From Heteronotia binoei (taxonomy: Eukaryota), in contig NC_083230.1 of NCBI RefSeq assembly GCF_032191835.1, forward strand, positions 83,390,001 through 83,454,000: a DNA stretch of 64,000 bases, written 5' to 3'. Positions within the stretch are counted from its first letter, which is position 1; each line of letters begins with the position of its first letter. The notes beneath the pieces were generated by a model. It did no database searches. It was given only the letters and a program-made list of their open reading frames with translations, and had not been told where the DNA came from. This document shows, one piece after another, positions 12,962 through 26,195 of the stretch. Both the position numbers and the translations under genes were made by a program.

Positions 12962-15060
12962 CCTGCAAACACCTTGTCCTTGCACTACAGTACTGGTCCT
13001 TTCCCCTCACCAACTTCTGTGTCCTGTGATGTGGATAATAAGTGCTCTAACTCCTCTTCCCTGGAATTTGGAAGGGTTTTTTTTGGGGGGAGGGAGGTTA
13101 TTTTATTTTAAGGGTGCAATAAAAGCAACCACAAGGTATTGTCAGGGCCAAAATGAAGAATAGAAACTGGACACTTACTAGGAAAAGGAAGAATCAGCTG
13201 TGTGCTCTATTTAAAATGCATTAATATGCTTTAGGAGTGAGGTATTGGAAGCCCCTTTTCCCTTCCCATCAATCTTAAAGGACTTTAGGCAGTTACACTA
13301 CTGCCCCCAGAAGTTTCCAAAGCTTCTTTTGACTGGAGAGCATGTCTTTCCTTTAGGGGGAAGGCTGGGGCCAAGCATGCTCCCTTCATATCCACACAAA
13401 ACTTTTTTGAAGAAACTTGCAAACCATTGGGGTCTCTCAGGAAACTCTAGATACTCTTAGCAACAGTAGGGTGCTTGCAGAGTCCTAATTGTGCCAAGAG
13501 TTGGGGGATGTATAGGAGGGGTAAATGGGACCATCACTATGGAACTCCTGTGGTTTTGCCTTCTATATAAATGTGTACTTTGTTGGTCTGAGCATAAGAG
13601 TAGCCTGGTTGGAAGATGTAAGCAATGGCTTATTAAAAGACCTCACAGGGTGTGGGGGAAGTGACTCAGCTGTGATTTAAATGCATGTTTTCCATTTATC
13701 CTGTTACCAGGGAGATACTCATTGAGCAGGGAGTAAAACTATTGGATGGAATCATGAAATAAAAGGGAAGGCTGACAAAATTTTAGCAACCTAAGAAAAT
13801 GCTGATGAAAGGGCAAGTTTTGTAGCAGCATAAGACAGTGTTGACGGAAGGGCAAGTTTTACTATTATTGCTAAGAGGAGAAATGTGAACTAGGATCAAA
13901 GGGCTAGATTTCTTTGGCTGGGATAGGTGTTTCAGCAAGTTAGCAGAGGGTAAGAGGAGATTGTTTACTGGAGGCACTGAGCCACTATCTTCCTTTGTGG
14001 TTGGCAGGTGAACAGTCCTCTGAATTAATCAGCTTTATGCTGTGCCACCCTCTCCTTCTTCCACCATACCCCAGCAGAAAATTGAATTACGGTTTTCCTT
14101 GTTAACCCCATGCAGGTGTTGTAATATTGTCACAATCAGTAGATGAAATGGATAATTTAGGATGGGCTTTTCATTATTGACCCTTCTTTGAGCCTAGGTT
14201 TCATTCTGTTGCATTTTTCATTACTACTGTTTTGTGCCAGCTTCACCTCCAATATTGGAACAGCAGAAACCAAACCCACATTTTCTGCATTTCATACAGG
14301 CAGGCTATTTACATTTGCTACTTGGGCTATTTGGGAGTCTTTGGCCTGCCTTTCCTGAATGTGAGCGTGATGTATACAGTCAGTTAATTCAGCATTCCAC
14401 TCTCCTTACAGTTTGCGGTGTCAAGATAGGAATATGATCTTATCTGTTGGCCTTCGGACAACCTGTAGACACTATACTGGAAACCTGAGTGGCTCTACAT
14501 GTACTACAGTTCAAGCCCAATACGTCTGTTTTCACAAAGCGCCCTCACCCCACCTCAGACTACACATTCCAATGACCCAAACCAGCTGGTAGAACTTGTA
14601 CACACCTACCCACACTTTTCACAAGCAGAACGTCAGGCTTGCAGATCTGCTTCTGACTAAGCCATTTTTTAGAAAAGCATATAAAAACTCAGCAGGAAGA
14701 CTATGCTCTGACTAAATAGCACTTTCGAGAGACCCTGTTTGCATGGAAGTCAATGGACCAGTGCACAATATGCAAATATCTTATAAAAAACTTAAGGCTG
14801 TTTCACTTCTCTGTATTAATGCCATTCTTCTGTTCCCAGGGAAAGTGGTGTGATTCAGCTGCTCAGGAAAAGGGAACATGTGATCTAACACACACACACA
14901 CCCTCTGGACAAGAGTTATGGTAACAGAGAAAAGGAACTAGCCTAGTCCCATTGCTTGGGAATGGAGAAGCCCATAATCGTTTTCTTGCTTGTTTGGTTT
15001 TGTTATAGCCTTGTCTTGGGTTTGTTTACAGAGATGTATTTTGTTTAACCAAATATTAAA

Positions 15061-15172
15061 AATAAAAAAACCTTTCTGAGTTACTTGTCACTTTCTGTTG
15101 TATTTAAGTGTCTTGTAATGATGCATGTAAAGGAAAAATAAATATTGATATGAAGTTGAAGCTTTAAATAAA
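15061..15172 (+). terminator. Cluster of AATAAA polyadenylation signals, probable JOSD1 3' end
   Basis: AATAAA at 15061, 15137 and 15167 in an AT-rich segment about 2.1 kb after the stop. Which signal is used is inferred, not shown. Confidence 0.6.
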
Positions 15173-15924
15173 AGTTTTCTTGCCACCCCCATTCTAGTTT
15201 AGGAAGGATACTAGTCTCTGCTAAAACACTCACACATAACACTGAGGTATAACATATATATTATCCAACCTAGAGAAGCAAACAATACATGAAATTTTAA
15301 AAAAGACTCCTGTGTGTGCACTGAAACTATTTAATACAAAAGTACAGTAGCTGACTTTGATACTAATAGATTCAGCAAAGAGACTTGGCAAAAATGACTT
15401 TTCCCACTTCCCCATATTTTTCACAGACAACATTTATAGGGCATGTAATTTTCTTCAAGTAGGAGCTCACTGCATAAACAGTCTAGTGTACATACAAGAT
15501 TTTTCCATTTGCTGTATGTGCTGGAATATTCACTCAGTTTCTTACTGTTGCTGCTCTGAAGTAGATCTTCAATACAGCAGGAGAGGAATACAAGAATATT
15601 TTACACTGACACTATTTCTGGCTGAAGTTAGCCAAAATGTGACATATCCTGAGGTGGCTTCCTGGATTTAACGATACCAGAACAAAAGCTGCTGAAGTCT
15701 TTGCAGTTGCTTACAACATGGATTAAGTGGATGGAAAAAGTCATGACTGCGTAAGGGGGAAGGCAGATAGCCCATTTTAGGAGAACCAGATAGGGATCCT
15801 GCCTCCACTGTGAAGAGGCTGATGTTCCAATGCTTATGGGAAAAATGCCCCAGCCTAACCAATCAAAAGTTCCAACAAATAATTTCAAGATTTTCTTTCA
15901 TGATATGGCTTCAATGTAATTCCT

Positions 15925-15999
15925 CTATATCTTTCCAGGAAGAGAAGGCAGGGCTCCTGGCATCCCTCCGGACAGCCCTGTGTTGGGTCCTAATAAAAT
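15925..15999 (-). CDS. TOMM22: TOMM22 exon 4 (75 nt, stop)
   Basis: ttacag|ATT acceptor; ILLGPNTGLSGGMPGALPSLPGKI, then TAG. Confidence 0.96.
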   Translation of the reverse strand: MLLGPNTGLSGGMPGALPSLPGKI

Positions 16000-16789
16000 C
16001 TGTAAGAAATCATGAGAAAACATGACTGAACATAAAAATAACATTCAAGCCTCTTTACAGCTTAACTGGGAAGGATTTTCCCCTCAGATTTGCACATCTC
16101 ATTTCGAAGAATGCAAGCCCAGCATTTGCTTACATTTGGTAATGTTCTTTTTGCCCAAACTGCCTTAGACTTAGAGCACAAGGTCAATATGAGAAGGTTG
16201 CTAGTTATTCAAGCAATGAAATGTTTCTTATTGTCCAACACGATACCTCACAGTCTATATAGCTCTTTGGTTTTTCCCTCCAGAAGGCAAGAGTGTTTTC
16301 AAATTGATACAGAAATATTAAGGCACCAACTGTGCAAGCTTAGGTTCCAATATTTTGATCTCTAGTAAGATAGCCAAGGATTGTACACATTTTGTCATGA
16401 ATGGTATTTATTGCTGAGCACCAACAAGGATGGCATAAGCAGCCATGAAAGCCAACCAAGGTCATAGTTAGATATGCCAATGACCAAAAGAGGGTGATGC
16501 CTCTTCTTTTAGGACGTCATTATAAGCTAGGAAGGCCTGCAGTCACTTGCATGCTTTGCTGTAATAATGGTTCCAGCCCTCAAGTGCCCTCATTCTGAAA
16601 TTGCTATATAAATTAACTGCACCTAAGCACATCCTATCAAGAAGAAATGGGTAAATGGAAGTTTCTATCACCAGGTGTTTGTTTAAAGGCTTCAGAAAGT
16701 TCATCTTACTTAAAGGAGAAAAGCTATTATGATAGGAAAGGATATAAATCTGTGCATGTGATGATAATGTGTGTCAACATCAAGAGAAA

Positions 16790-17070
16790 TGTTAATATGT
16801 AATTGCTGCAGTACTGCAGTTGGAGCCCTCTGCTCACGACCTGAGTTCGATCCCAGTGGAAGCTGGTTCAGGTAGCCGGCTCCAGGTTGACTCAGCCTTC
16901 CATCCTTCCGAGGTTGGTAAAATGAGTAACCAGCTTGCTTGGGGGAAAGAGTAGATGACTGGGGAAGGCAATGGCAAACCACCTCGTAAAAAGTGCCGTG
17001 AAAACGTGAAAGCAACGTCACCCCAGAGTTGAAAATGACTGGTGCACAGGGGACTAATTTTACCTTTTTT
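16790..17070 (+). mobile_element. Sauria SINE-like element (Bov-B-type tail) in TOMM22 intron 3
   Basis: GAGTTCGATCC B box, GGTTGACTCAGCCTTCCATCCTTCCGAGG core, GGGGAAGGCAATGGCAAACCAC tail, and an ACCTTT end. Confidence 0.78.
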
Positions 17071-17278
17071 ATACATAAAAGGGATTGTGAGATTATACAT
17101 ACAGAAGGAACTGTACAAAAAAGAAAACTATGTTTACATTCCAGTGGCTAATGATGAGGGAGGGAGGGAGAGGAATAGAAGTGCTGAAGGTCTAGAGACC
17201 AAAAAAGGAGGTAGTTTCAAAAACAGGACAAGGATCGCTAAATAAACGGGCCACACAGGATAGTAATTAAGTTCTTAC

Positions 17279-17396
17279 CTGCCGTTGCTGCAGTTGCTGC
17301 TGCTGCTCCATCTGAAGTTTTTCTGTTTCAAAAACAACAGGAAGAACTAGAATCATGAAGGAGGTGGTCCCAATCCACAAAGCTGCCCTGGAGAAT
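17279..17396 (-). CDS. TOMM22: TOMM22 exon 3 (118 nt, transmembrane segment)
   Basis: aaag|ATTC acceptor, CAG|gtaag donor; FSRAALWIGTTSFMILVLPVVFETEKLQMEQQQQLQQRQ. Confidence 0.97.
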
Positions 17397-19017
17397 CTTT
17401 AGAGATAGAAGGACATTGGTAAAGCAATGGTTTTCCATCTCTGCTATAATGGAAAGCATACACTAATAAAGGAAAGGATATGCCTTAATTATACACTATT
17501 GCTTCACTTAAATACTTGAATATTGTGCTAGATTTTGGAGCCATTTACAAAACTCAGGAGTTACCCCAGCATCACGTGCCTGCCTATATGTGCAATACTA
17601 TAGCTTCTTCCCCTTGCCTTCTTTCTCAGCTTCCCTACTTTGAGTGCCACTGACACAGCCGAACTCGAACGCATTTTTTTCTTCCTTGGGGAAGGGCTGT
17701 AGCTTAGTGGTAAATAATCTGTTTTGCATGCAAATGATCCCATGTTCAATCCCCAGAACCTCCAGCAGTGAAATATTTCTTCCTGAGATTCTGGGCACCA
17801 GCTGCCAGCCAGAGCACACAGGCCAATGGTCTAATTTTGCTGAAGGCAATTTCACGTGGGTGTTATTTACCACTGCTTTCTACTTCAAAATTCTCCCTAT
17901 TAGCAATAATCTGAAATAACTCCAGGACTTACTGTTTTGTAACACTGATCTTTCATTCTAATATACCATGAGGAACCATTAAAGGGGAGGGGGGGAATAT
18001 AAACTATACAACAGGTGACCAGTATTTAAATATTTACTCTAATAAGGTTGTCTGATCTTTGAGAAGTCCTGAAAATAAGTTGACTTTTTCAGTAAGAACA
18101 TTTGTGATGGCTGGGGAATACAATGGTAACGCAGTAAGAAAACAAAGAAAGAATATACTTTCCAATCCTGGAAATGTGTTTTAATCTCTAATCCAGTGGT
18201 TCTTAAACTTTAGCAACCTAGAGACCCTCCTCCTACCATATGGATTTCAATTTTTTTGCAGCCCCTCAAACCAACTCCCCTTGTTTACCACATATTAGCC
18301 AGTGCCATTTTACAAGGCATGACAAACTGCACATGCTTCATGAAGCCCTCTATTCTCTAGTGTCCTCAAAACCATACAGTGAGGATTACAGCTGTTTAAA
18401 AGCAAGTTTAAGTAAAATGCTTGTGCTGTCTCTAAATGGCCCATAAGGTCAGGTCTCAGAGGGTGGCAGTTTCTATAAAGCTGAGATTGAAAAGCTCTGA
18501 AGCCCTAAACAGGAACATGATCTAATTATTTTCCCTATAATTAATTAACAACATTTAAACATATCTCAGTCGTCTTTCTCTTATCTTTTATTAAGATTGT
18601 CTTTTGTTCTCAATTGTTCAACAATCATTTGCAGAGCATAAAAAGAGTACTTATGGCCTCCCACTGAGCACACACTATTAAACATTGCTTTTCATAAAGC
18701 ACAAGGGCTTTATGTTAAAAACCCTGAAACAGATACCATATTCTTTTTGCAGTCTTTGTTACAGAACAGACCATTAATCTCATTTAGATTGTGAGCCCTG
18801 TGGTAAAACTGCTGGAAACTGCAACTGTTCCAAGTCTGTGGGGTAAAGATTACAAAACTAACAAATATTTCAGATTCAGCGCTCTGCAGCACTGCTAATG
18901 AAGTATAAGCATGTTCACCAACAACACACATAACACAGTTCTGGCGAATCATAGCTCAACGTGACATAACGTATAGGATATAAGGGTAGACGAGATTTGG
19001 GTGCCTCCATTTCTCAC

Positions 19018-19136
19018 CTGTACATTTTCTGGGCAACAGAACAGGACAAGTCGAAGGTCGCTCCCGCTGCAGCTCGGACGCTCTCGGGGAACATCTCTGT
19101 TAAACCCCAAAGCCTCTCTGCCAATGTCTCATCCAG
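19018..19136 (-). CDS. TOMM22: TOMM22 exon 2 (119 nt)
   Basis: gcag|CTG acceptor, AG|gtgag donor; LDETLAERLWGLTEMFPESVRAAAGATFDLSCSVAQKMY. Confidence 0.97.
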
Positions 19137-19149
19137 CTGCAATCAGAAT

Positions 19150-19820
19150 CAAGAAGACCGGTGGGCGGACGCTGCCTAGCCAGCCTTTCCTACCTCAACC
19201 ATTAGGACTACGGTTGCCAATCCACAACTCCAACGTCGCCCCTTCCAGCCCCAACTTCTGGCACCCCACAGCAAAGAGAAAGCACACTGGCCCCGTCCCC
19301 ACCTCTCCAACCTCCATTCCACCTACACGCTCAGGGCCGGACCAGGCCAGCCCGCCCCCAGGGCGTAACCTCTCGCACATGGCGAGGCCCGGCTGGACAC
19401 CCCGCAAGAAGGGCCAAGCCCCGCTACCTCCTCGTCATCGTCCTCCTCTGTCATCTCTTCCTCCAGCTCTTCGGCCTTGCCCGGGCCCCCCTTGGGCAAA
19501 AGCAAGTCCTCGGGGGAAAGAGGCGTCGCGGCGGCCATGACTGCAACTAGGGAACGGAGAGTATCGAGACCCGAGACCGGCAGCGGCGAGAAAGTCACCG
19601 GAAGCAAGAAAAGTCGAAGGACGCGGTGAGGTAGATGCGCAGCGACATCTGGCGCCAGGGAGGAAGCGATGGCATAAGGGGTAAGGTCTGTTGCTTCCCG
19701 CAGGGATTTCCGACCCCCATAGAAGTTCCGGCCGCGCTGCTCCAAAGAAAAATCCGAAACGCCATGTAATACGTCAACCAAAACGACTCATAATAGTGTG
19801 CAAGTTTAACGAAGTCCAAT
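19150..19820. promoter_or_regulatory. CpG island / TOMM22 promoter
   Basis: CpG-rich; ETS/GABP-type CCGGAAG at about 19598 and a CCGGAA core on the minus strand at about 19726. Confidence 0.7.
19428..19538 (-). CDS. TOMM22: Mitochondrial import receptor subunit TOM22, exon 1 (111 nt)
   Basis: MAAATPLSPEDLLLPKGGPGKAEELEEEMTEEDDDEE acidic N-terminus; donor GAG|gtagc. join(19538-19428,19136-19018,17396-17279,15999-15925) = 423 nt, 140 aa. Confidence 0.96.
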
Positions 19821-19869
19821 AGCCCGCTTAAGACCACCAAAGCAATTCTGGGTACAAGCAAGAGTCAAG

Positions 19870-20140
19870 GGGCACCTTTAAGACCAACAAAGTTTTATTC
19901 AGAATATAAGCTTTCATGTGCTAGAAGCACACTTCATCAGACAAAAGCATGGGATGGCAAACAGTCCTAAATACAGAGAAAGTGGGCAGTGAGTTAGTAT
20001 GCAGAGTCATGGAAATGTTTTTTAGCAGATTAAAAGTGTCACAAATTGGGGTCTGGTGTTTGTTAATGTTAACTGGGCTGAAACAACTATTAAGTTGGAA
20101 TAGCAGATTGATGTCAATGTACTAAATCCCTTACGTATCC
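19870..20140 (-). mobile_element. Penelope-like element fragment with a minimal hammerhead motif
   Basis: Minus strand reads CTGATGA A GTGTGC TTCTA GCACAT GAAAGCTT...AATAAAACTTTGTTGGTCTTAAAGGTGC; the same terminus occurs at 3833-3990 and 6030-6110. Confidence 0.72.
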
Positions 20141-20644
20141 TGGGTGTGAAACTTTCACTACCCACCTGTTATTTGATTTGTTATTCTTTTGAATGTTCCT
20201 TCCAATATACCATTGTGGATTGATTGCATTAATAGGGTTCTACCCTTCCCAAAAGATGTTACTATGTTGTTTGTCAGAGTTTGGTTTTTCTGCCTATGGC
20301 CCATAAAACATGACCTGTGTGCAAAAAAAAAGTGGGGTTTTTTGCCAGAACTTTGCCCCTGACCTGTTCCATTAATTGCACCTGTACACCAATACAGCCT
20401 TTCTAATAGCAAGGATTTTGGCTAAAGAACTGCCTGAAACCTGAGTTAATTTTTGAAAGTTTTTGTTTAAAAATTTCTTTGTACAGTGACTGGAAATGGA
20501 GAAGAATGAACATAGTTAATTTTAAAGTCCTGCTTATGACCTAACATGGCTTTTTCCTTGGGGGAAAGAGGTGGAATGAGCTCCAGAACTTCTTTATGGA
20601 AACAAAATTCTCAAAAAATGTTTAAAAGTTCATGAGGGGCACCC

Positions 20645-21345
20645 ATGCAGGACCTAGCAATGGTGATCCATGCGACGGTCACCTCAAGACTGGACTACTG
20701 TAACGCTCTCTACATGGGGCTGCCTCTCTACCGGACCCGGGAACTGCAGCTAGTGCAGAATGCGGCAGCCAGGCTGCTACTTGGTCTCCCAAGACGGGAG
20801 CATATACGGCCGGGGCTGCACGGACTGCACTGGCTGCCGATTGTATACCGGATCCAGTAGAAAGTGCTGGTCATAACCTTTAAAGCCCTATATGGCCAAG
20901 GACCGACCTACCTGAGGGACCGTCTCTCCCCATATGAGCCCCAGAGAGCACTGAGGTCAGTAGGCAAAAACAGACTGAATATCCCTGGGCCAAAGGAAGT
21001 TAAACTTCAAAGCACCCGCACCCGGGCCTTTTCAGCCGCGGCCCCACAACTCTGGAACCAGCTCCCAGAGGAGGTGCGGGCCCTGCGGAGCTTAGACCAG
21101 TTCCGCAGGGCCTGCAAGACCGCCCTTTTCAAACAGGCGTTCACCAATGACTGAGCTAATGTTTACTGCTAAATTAATAATGTTTACCACCAATGTTAGT
21201 TTCAGGAATGTTTTGATTACTGATTGATTGGTTTTAATGTGAACTTAATGTTTTATTATTGTACTGTTTCACTTTTAAATGTTGTTAGCCGCCCTGAGCC
21301 TGCTCCGGCGGGGGAGGGCGGGATATAAATAAAATTTTACATTAC
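20645..21345 (+). mobile_element. 5'-truncated L2-clade LINE (ORF2 C-terminus and 3'UTR)
   Basis: RLDYCNALY...LQLVQNAAARLL...LHWLPI...RAFSAAAPQLWNQLP, typical of L2/CR1-group ORF2; tail GCCGCCCTGAG...GGGCGGGATATAAAT. Confidence 0.88.
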
Positions 21346-21516
21346 ATGCGTTTCGTCTTCATTTCCCTCTTGAGGGTTTGGGCACGTCTTTTCTAGAAAG
21401 AAAGCCCTCCCCCTTTTGAGAGAGATCGACAGACATTCTTTGGCTTTTTTGGTTGTTTGAATTTATCCAGGATTAAATAAGAAAGGGGTGTTAGGAGACC
21501 CAAAAAGCCAATATAG

Positions 21517-23263
21517 CAGGGTTGCCACTTTCTGAAAAGTCAGGGAAATGGAAATTGGTCTGAAATCAGGGAAAGTCAGGGAAATTAAGTAATATGGGAA
21601 TTAGAGCTGTGGAGTCTCTTGCACAAGGACCATTACATCAGAAGAACCTGAAAATTAAATCAAGTCAACAAGCAATATGTTTAGGTTCAAAGCCACGTTC
21701 AAATAGTATGTGGAAGAAGCAAAACTCCCCCACAGTAAACCTGCAATTTGTATAAAAGCTGCAATGCAAGATCCACTCATTAAATGCAAAATGGCTTTCA
21801 TGAAAACAATTGCTGGAGATTGTGAGCTGGTTCTACGAAGATTTCAAAACCAAAAACCATTGGCACCTTTTTTGTATTAAGACCTTTGTAAGCTAATCAA
21901 GAAGCTAATGAGTTGTTGCATAAAATTGGAAACACTGCAAAACGTGTCTTCTGGTTCCCAGTTGTTAACAATTGACATCAAATTGAGAACTTGCTTGACA
22001 GAAGCAAGGTTGACATTGGCTTTGCAGCAAAGAAGCTATAAAAAAAAATTAAAACTGAGTGAACATCAAGTGGCCGAGTTTTGCCTAGGATGTCGAAACA
22101 TGGTAGTAGCTGTTGAAAAGTTGATTGAGAGAAGTCCTTTGAAGTTCAAGATGGTGTGCGGCCTATCAGCATTAGATCCTATTATCATTTTATACAAGCC
22201 AAATCTTGGAATCACCAGAATAGGGGCTGTTCTTAAAGCTCTACGTGCAGCAAATCAGATCAATGACAGTAGTGAAAATATCAAAGCAATACACTACTTT
22301 AACCACAACTGGTCACAATGACTTCCAAGGCTCAATTTTATGCATATGTTGCAAAACAAAATGATGAAGTTGGACTGGATATGTTTTACAGTGGTATTTT
22401 GATGTCCAACAAAAGTTTCTCAGACCTGTGGACTGTTGTCAAAATGTGCCTTATCCTGTCATGGTAATGCTTCTGTTGAAAGTGGATTTTCAGTTAATGT
22501 CAATGTTAATTGAGAACTTGCATGAAGAAACTGTTGTCTGTCAATGTCAGGTTTACGATGCTGTTTTGAACTGTGGAGGACTTGAAGCTGTCGTAATTGA
22601 TAGGAATGTCTTGCAGTCAGTCAGGCGTGTTCATGTGTGCTACACAGAGCACTCGGAGGCTAAGCACCATAAGCAACAAGAAATTCAGAAGAAAGAAGAA
22701 ACTTGAGGGACAAATTAAACATCTTGAAAATGCTAAAAAATGAAAGAAGCAGCCAAAATGGAAGAGGAAACAATTGATGAGAAACTAAGAGAGTTACAAA
22801 ATAAAAAGAGAAAACTGTAGAAGTGATAATTTTATATCTTAAATCTTCATTCTTTAAAAACAGATTATTTGTATTCTAATTTCTAACTTGATTATTACTG
22901 CAATTTCAAAACTAAGTTTTGTAATATGGCTTCAGAGAAACCACTTTAGATGGAACGTTTATATAATTTTTAGTGTACCTTTAAAGTAATAACAAAAATG
23001 ATATGTCATTTGTTAGCATTCAGAGTTTACTTGAATTGAAGTTTGTATCTTGGTGCAATTACAAAACATGTTGCTGCAGTTAATGTTGAAGGAAACTGAT
23101 ATTAAATCTCTTTGACAAATATTTTTGCAGTTGAGACTTGTGTAGTTGTCGAGTGGAACATTTCATTAAGCCTTGCATTAATGCAACACTACCTATTTAT
23201 TCTTTTAACTTGTGGTTATTTTTGAATGGTCAGGGAAATGAAAAAAATTTAGTGGCAACCCTG
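21517..23263 (+). mobile_element. Degenerate, internally deleted DNA transposon, probably hAT
   Basis: Perfect 12-bp TIR CAGGGTTGCCAC / GTGGCAACCCTG. Frameshifted transposase remnant with L(S)HGNASVESGFSVN at about 22455-22500, resembling the hAT dimerisation domain. No TSD visible. Confidence 0.68.
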
Positions 23264-24223
23264 AAAATGCACCTAGAATTCAGGAGACCATCTGACTCCC
23301 ATTTAACTTTCCCATTAATGTGCCATTTCAGTTACATATAGGGGCAGGAACAGAAATAGAAGGATTTAAACTCACACCCATGAGGCAAAACAGCATGGTG
23401 ATGAGACAGATAATATGACCAAGGGTTCACACTTTCCCCTATACTGTGTAAGTCAGCTTCAGAGTCCAACCCACATCAAGAATGTCTGCAAACTACATGC
23501 AGCTTTAGGAAGCCACACAAAACTCTTCATAATTGTTTACCATCAGATGTCAAATTAGTTTCCTTCACTCATACATATTTCAGAGCTATAGGAATGGGGT
23601 CCAAAATTATGCTTATCACCAGTACTTTGTCAGCTCATGGGCATGAACTAAAGTCCAGACTTCATGTTTCCAAATGTAAGAATGAAAGGTACACAACTTA
23701 GACAACAATGGATCTGAAATAGATGTTCAAAAAGACAAGAGCATGAGAGACCTCTGCATGCATGCTTTCTCTCCCATATTCAAATGCCTTGTCCTGGGGG
23801 GGGGGCAGGGACAAAAAAAGGAAGATGCAGAGTTTCTGCAAAGTACTTTATTGACTAGAACAAAAGTATGTTGCACAGGAATGTTAAGTGCACTTAAAGA
23901 AGCTTCACAAAGAATGGGAATAGTACTATCTGTGCCATCTTAAGCAGAGTTACACCTTTCTAAGCCACTGATTTGAGTGGACTTGGGTGTGTCCAGGATG
24001 ACACTGTAGATCCACATGCTGACCACACCTGAGAGCTTATTAACATTTCACACTTGGGGTCTTGGTTGCATGTCCTGTTGAGACGTAACAAGATGTGAGA
24101 CCAGAATACTGCAGTCTTCCTAGGCAGATGTGACTTCATCAGTTTGAGGAAGTACATGTCTTTTTAAACCAGATTCTCATGCTCTCTCTTTTCTGCTGTC
24201 ACCTGGAAACCCACATTTCCTGC

Positions 24224-24304
24224 TTACTTCCTCCTCCGGCTGTAATTTTTCAGTTCCTCCAGTTCCTTCTCCATGAGATGGGATTCTGCAGTTGTTTCGG
24301 AGAG
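24224..24304 (-). CDS. CBY1: CBY1 coding exon 4 (81 nt, stop)
   Basis: ttgcag|CTC acceptor; LSETTAESHLMEKELEELKNYSRRRK, then TAA. Minus-strand AATAAA at 23852-23847. Confidence 0.96.
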   Translation of the reverse strand, partial: LSETTAESHLMEKELEELKNYSRRRK

Positions 24305-25060
24305 CTGCAAATGAAAGGCAGCAATAGCAATAAGAGAACAATCTTTGTTTTCCCATGGTGCACTAGTGCTGGTAGGTTAGCATATAAAAAGCTTAGCTCC
24401 CTGAAAATGTAGATTTTACATCCACATTCCAGAATAGGAATATCTGCCAAGAATTTCTACCTATTGCAAACTGTATGGGGTGTTCTCAGTTAATACAGGA
24501 CACTTTCCTGGACCTAACATTCCATTATATGGTTATCCATTGCAAGGGAAGACTGGCAAAAATGGACAAGCATGGTCAGACTGACAACAGTGGACAAACA
24601 TGGCCAGTTGTTTCTTTGTTTTTAGTCTGCCTCTCAAAAGGGAATTCCAGGAACGTAGTTTGAAAGCCACTGTTCTTCCTTCAGCAAGTATTGGTTCAGG
24701 AGCACATGAATGGATTATTCATCCATCCACAAAACCCAATGAAATCAGTAGAACAAATCCCCAAAGAAATCCGATACTGTAGTACAGAACTGCATCTTCT
24801 AGCATTATGAAAAACTGAAGGTTATGGAAAAGAGGAGAGGGGAGTTATTGTTTTATTTAAGATCCAGAATTTCCAGGAACCCAGAAAGTATGGATTAGAG
24901 TTTTGACAAAGATTGGAATCTGAATCCCTGCAACTGCGTAAACCCTCTGCTGAATCATGTGGTGGCCTCCAGTTTCAATTTCCCTGTTCTGCATTAGAAA
25001 AACCCATTAATACAGACTTTACTAGATAGTCAAAAGCAATCCAAGTCATCCCATTCTCAC

Positions 25061-25176
25061 CATATCCAACAAAAGATCCACTTTTAGCCGCAAGAGATTG
25101 TTCTCTTCCTCCAGCTGTTGGTTCCGTTTGAGTAGTCGCTGGGTCTCTCTGTGGTCCCCACTACCCCCAAATGAGT
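25061..25176 (-). CDS. CBY1: CBY1 coding exon 3 (116 nt, coiled coil)
   Basis: gtag|AC acceptor, ATG|gtgag donor; SFGGSGDHRETQRLLKRNQQLEEENNLLRLKVDLLLDM. Confidence 0.96.
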
Positions 25177-25819
25177 CTACATGTGAAAAAGAGAACAATA
25201 TTAAGAATTGTCTTCCACTACAGACTCCACACTGCCTACAGCCCTTGAAAGGCTCAGCAGTTGTCAGCCTTGACCACAGACGTATACTGAGTTTGACAAG
25301 AAGTGACAATACTGCCAAGGTGGAAACATCCCAACACATGCCAAAAGACCTACAAATACCTTCCCTGGTAACAAAAGGCTGGAGCCAGCAACAGTATCAG
25401 GAAGGAGATTGAGCAGAACAAAAAGTAGCTGAGGTTCTCCCGTGGAATAACAACACCCAAGCAGACCCAAGCCACAGGGCCATTTATGGTACAAGCCCAG
25501 ACACAATAACCAGTGCCTGCAAGGGTGATTGCTATAAGGCAGGGGTGGGGAATGTCCATCCCAAGGGCCGTTTATGGCCCTCAAGATCACATGGTGTGGC
25601 CCTCGGGGATTGCTGAGCCGAGCCATGTGGCAGTCTCCCTGGGGCCTTGCTGACCAACGAGGATTGCAGGGCCTAGCTGCACTGTGCAGTGGCCTTCTCG
25701 GGGCCCAGCAGGGATCACAGGGCCCAGCTGCATTGTGCGGCAGCCTCCCTGGGGCTTGGCTGGCTGGCCGGCCAGGAGAGCTGTGGGGCCTGGAAAAGTT
25801 ACTGTCATAGTTCAGATGA

Positions 25820-26195
25820 GTTTCTCCCTCATTTCTTTATTTCCCTTTCTTTTCATCTTCCCCCCATTTCTTTATTTCCCTTTATTCCTATTTCTTTATT
25901 TCCACTTATTTCCATTTCTTCCCCACATTTCTTTATTTCCCTTCCTTCTCCTTTATTTCCCTTTCTTTCCACTTCTTCCATTTTTTTATTTATTTATTTC
26001 TTCTTCCCCCCCTTTGTTTTTTATTCCCTTTTCCTCCTCCCATTTCATTTCCCTTTATTCCTCTTTCTTCCCCCATGTCTTTATTTCCATTTCCCTTCCC
26101 ACCATTTCTTTATTTTCTTCTTACCCTTTCTTCCCCCTATTTCTTTATTTCCCTTTCTACCCCCTCCCTCCCTCCCTCTCTCTCTCTCTTTTGAG
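25820..26195. repeat. Pyrimidine-rich low-complexity tract (TTTCTTTATTTCCC-like units) in a CBY1 intron
   Basis: About 370 nt nearly devoid of G on the plus strand; flanked by GC-rich repeats and transposon-like sequence to about 26450. Confidence 0.85.
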
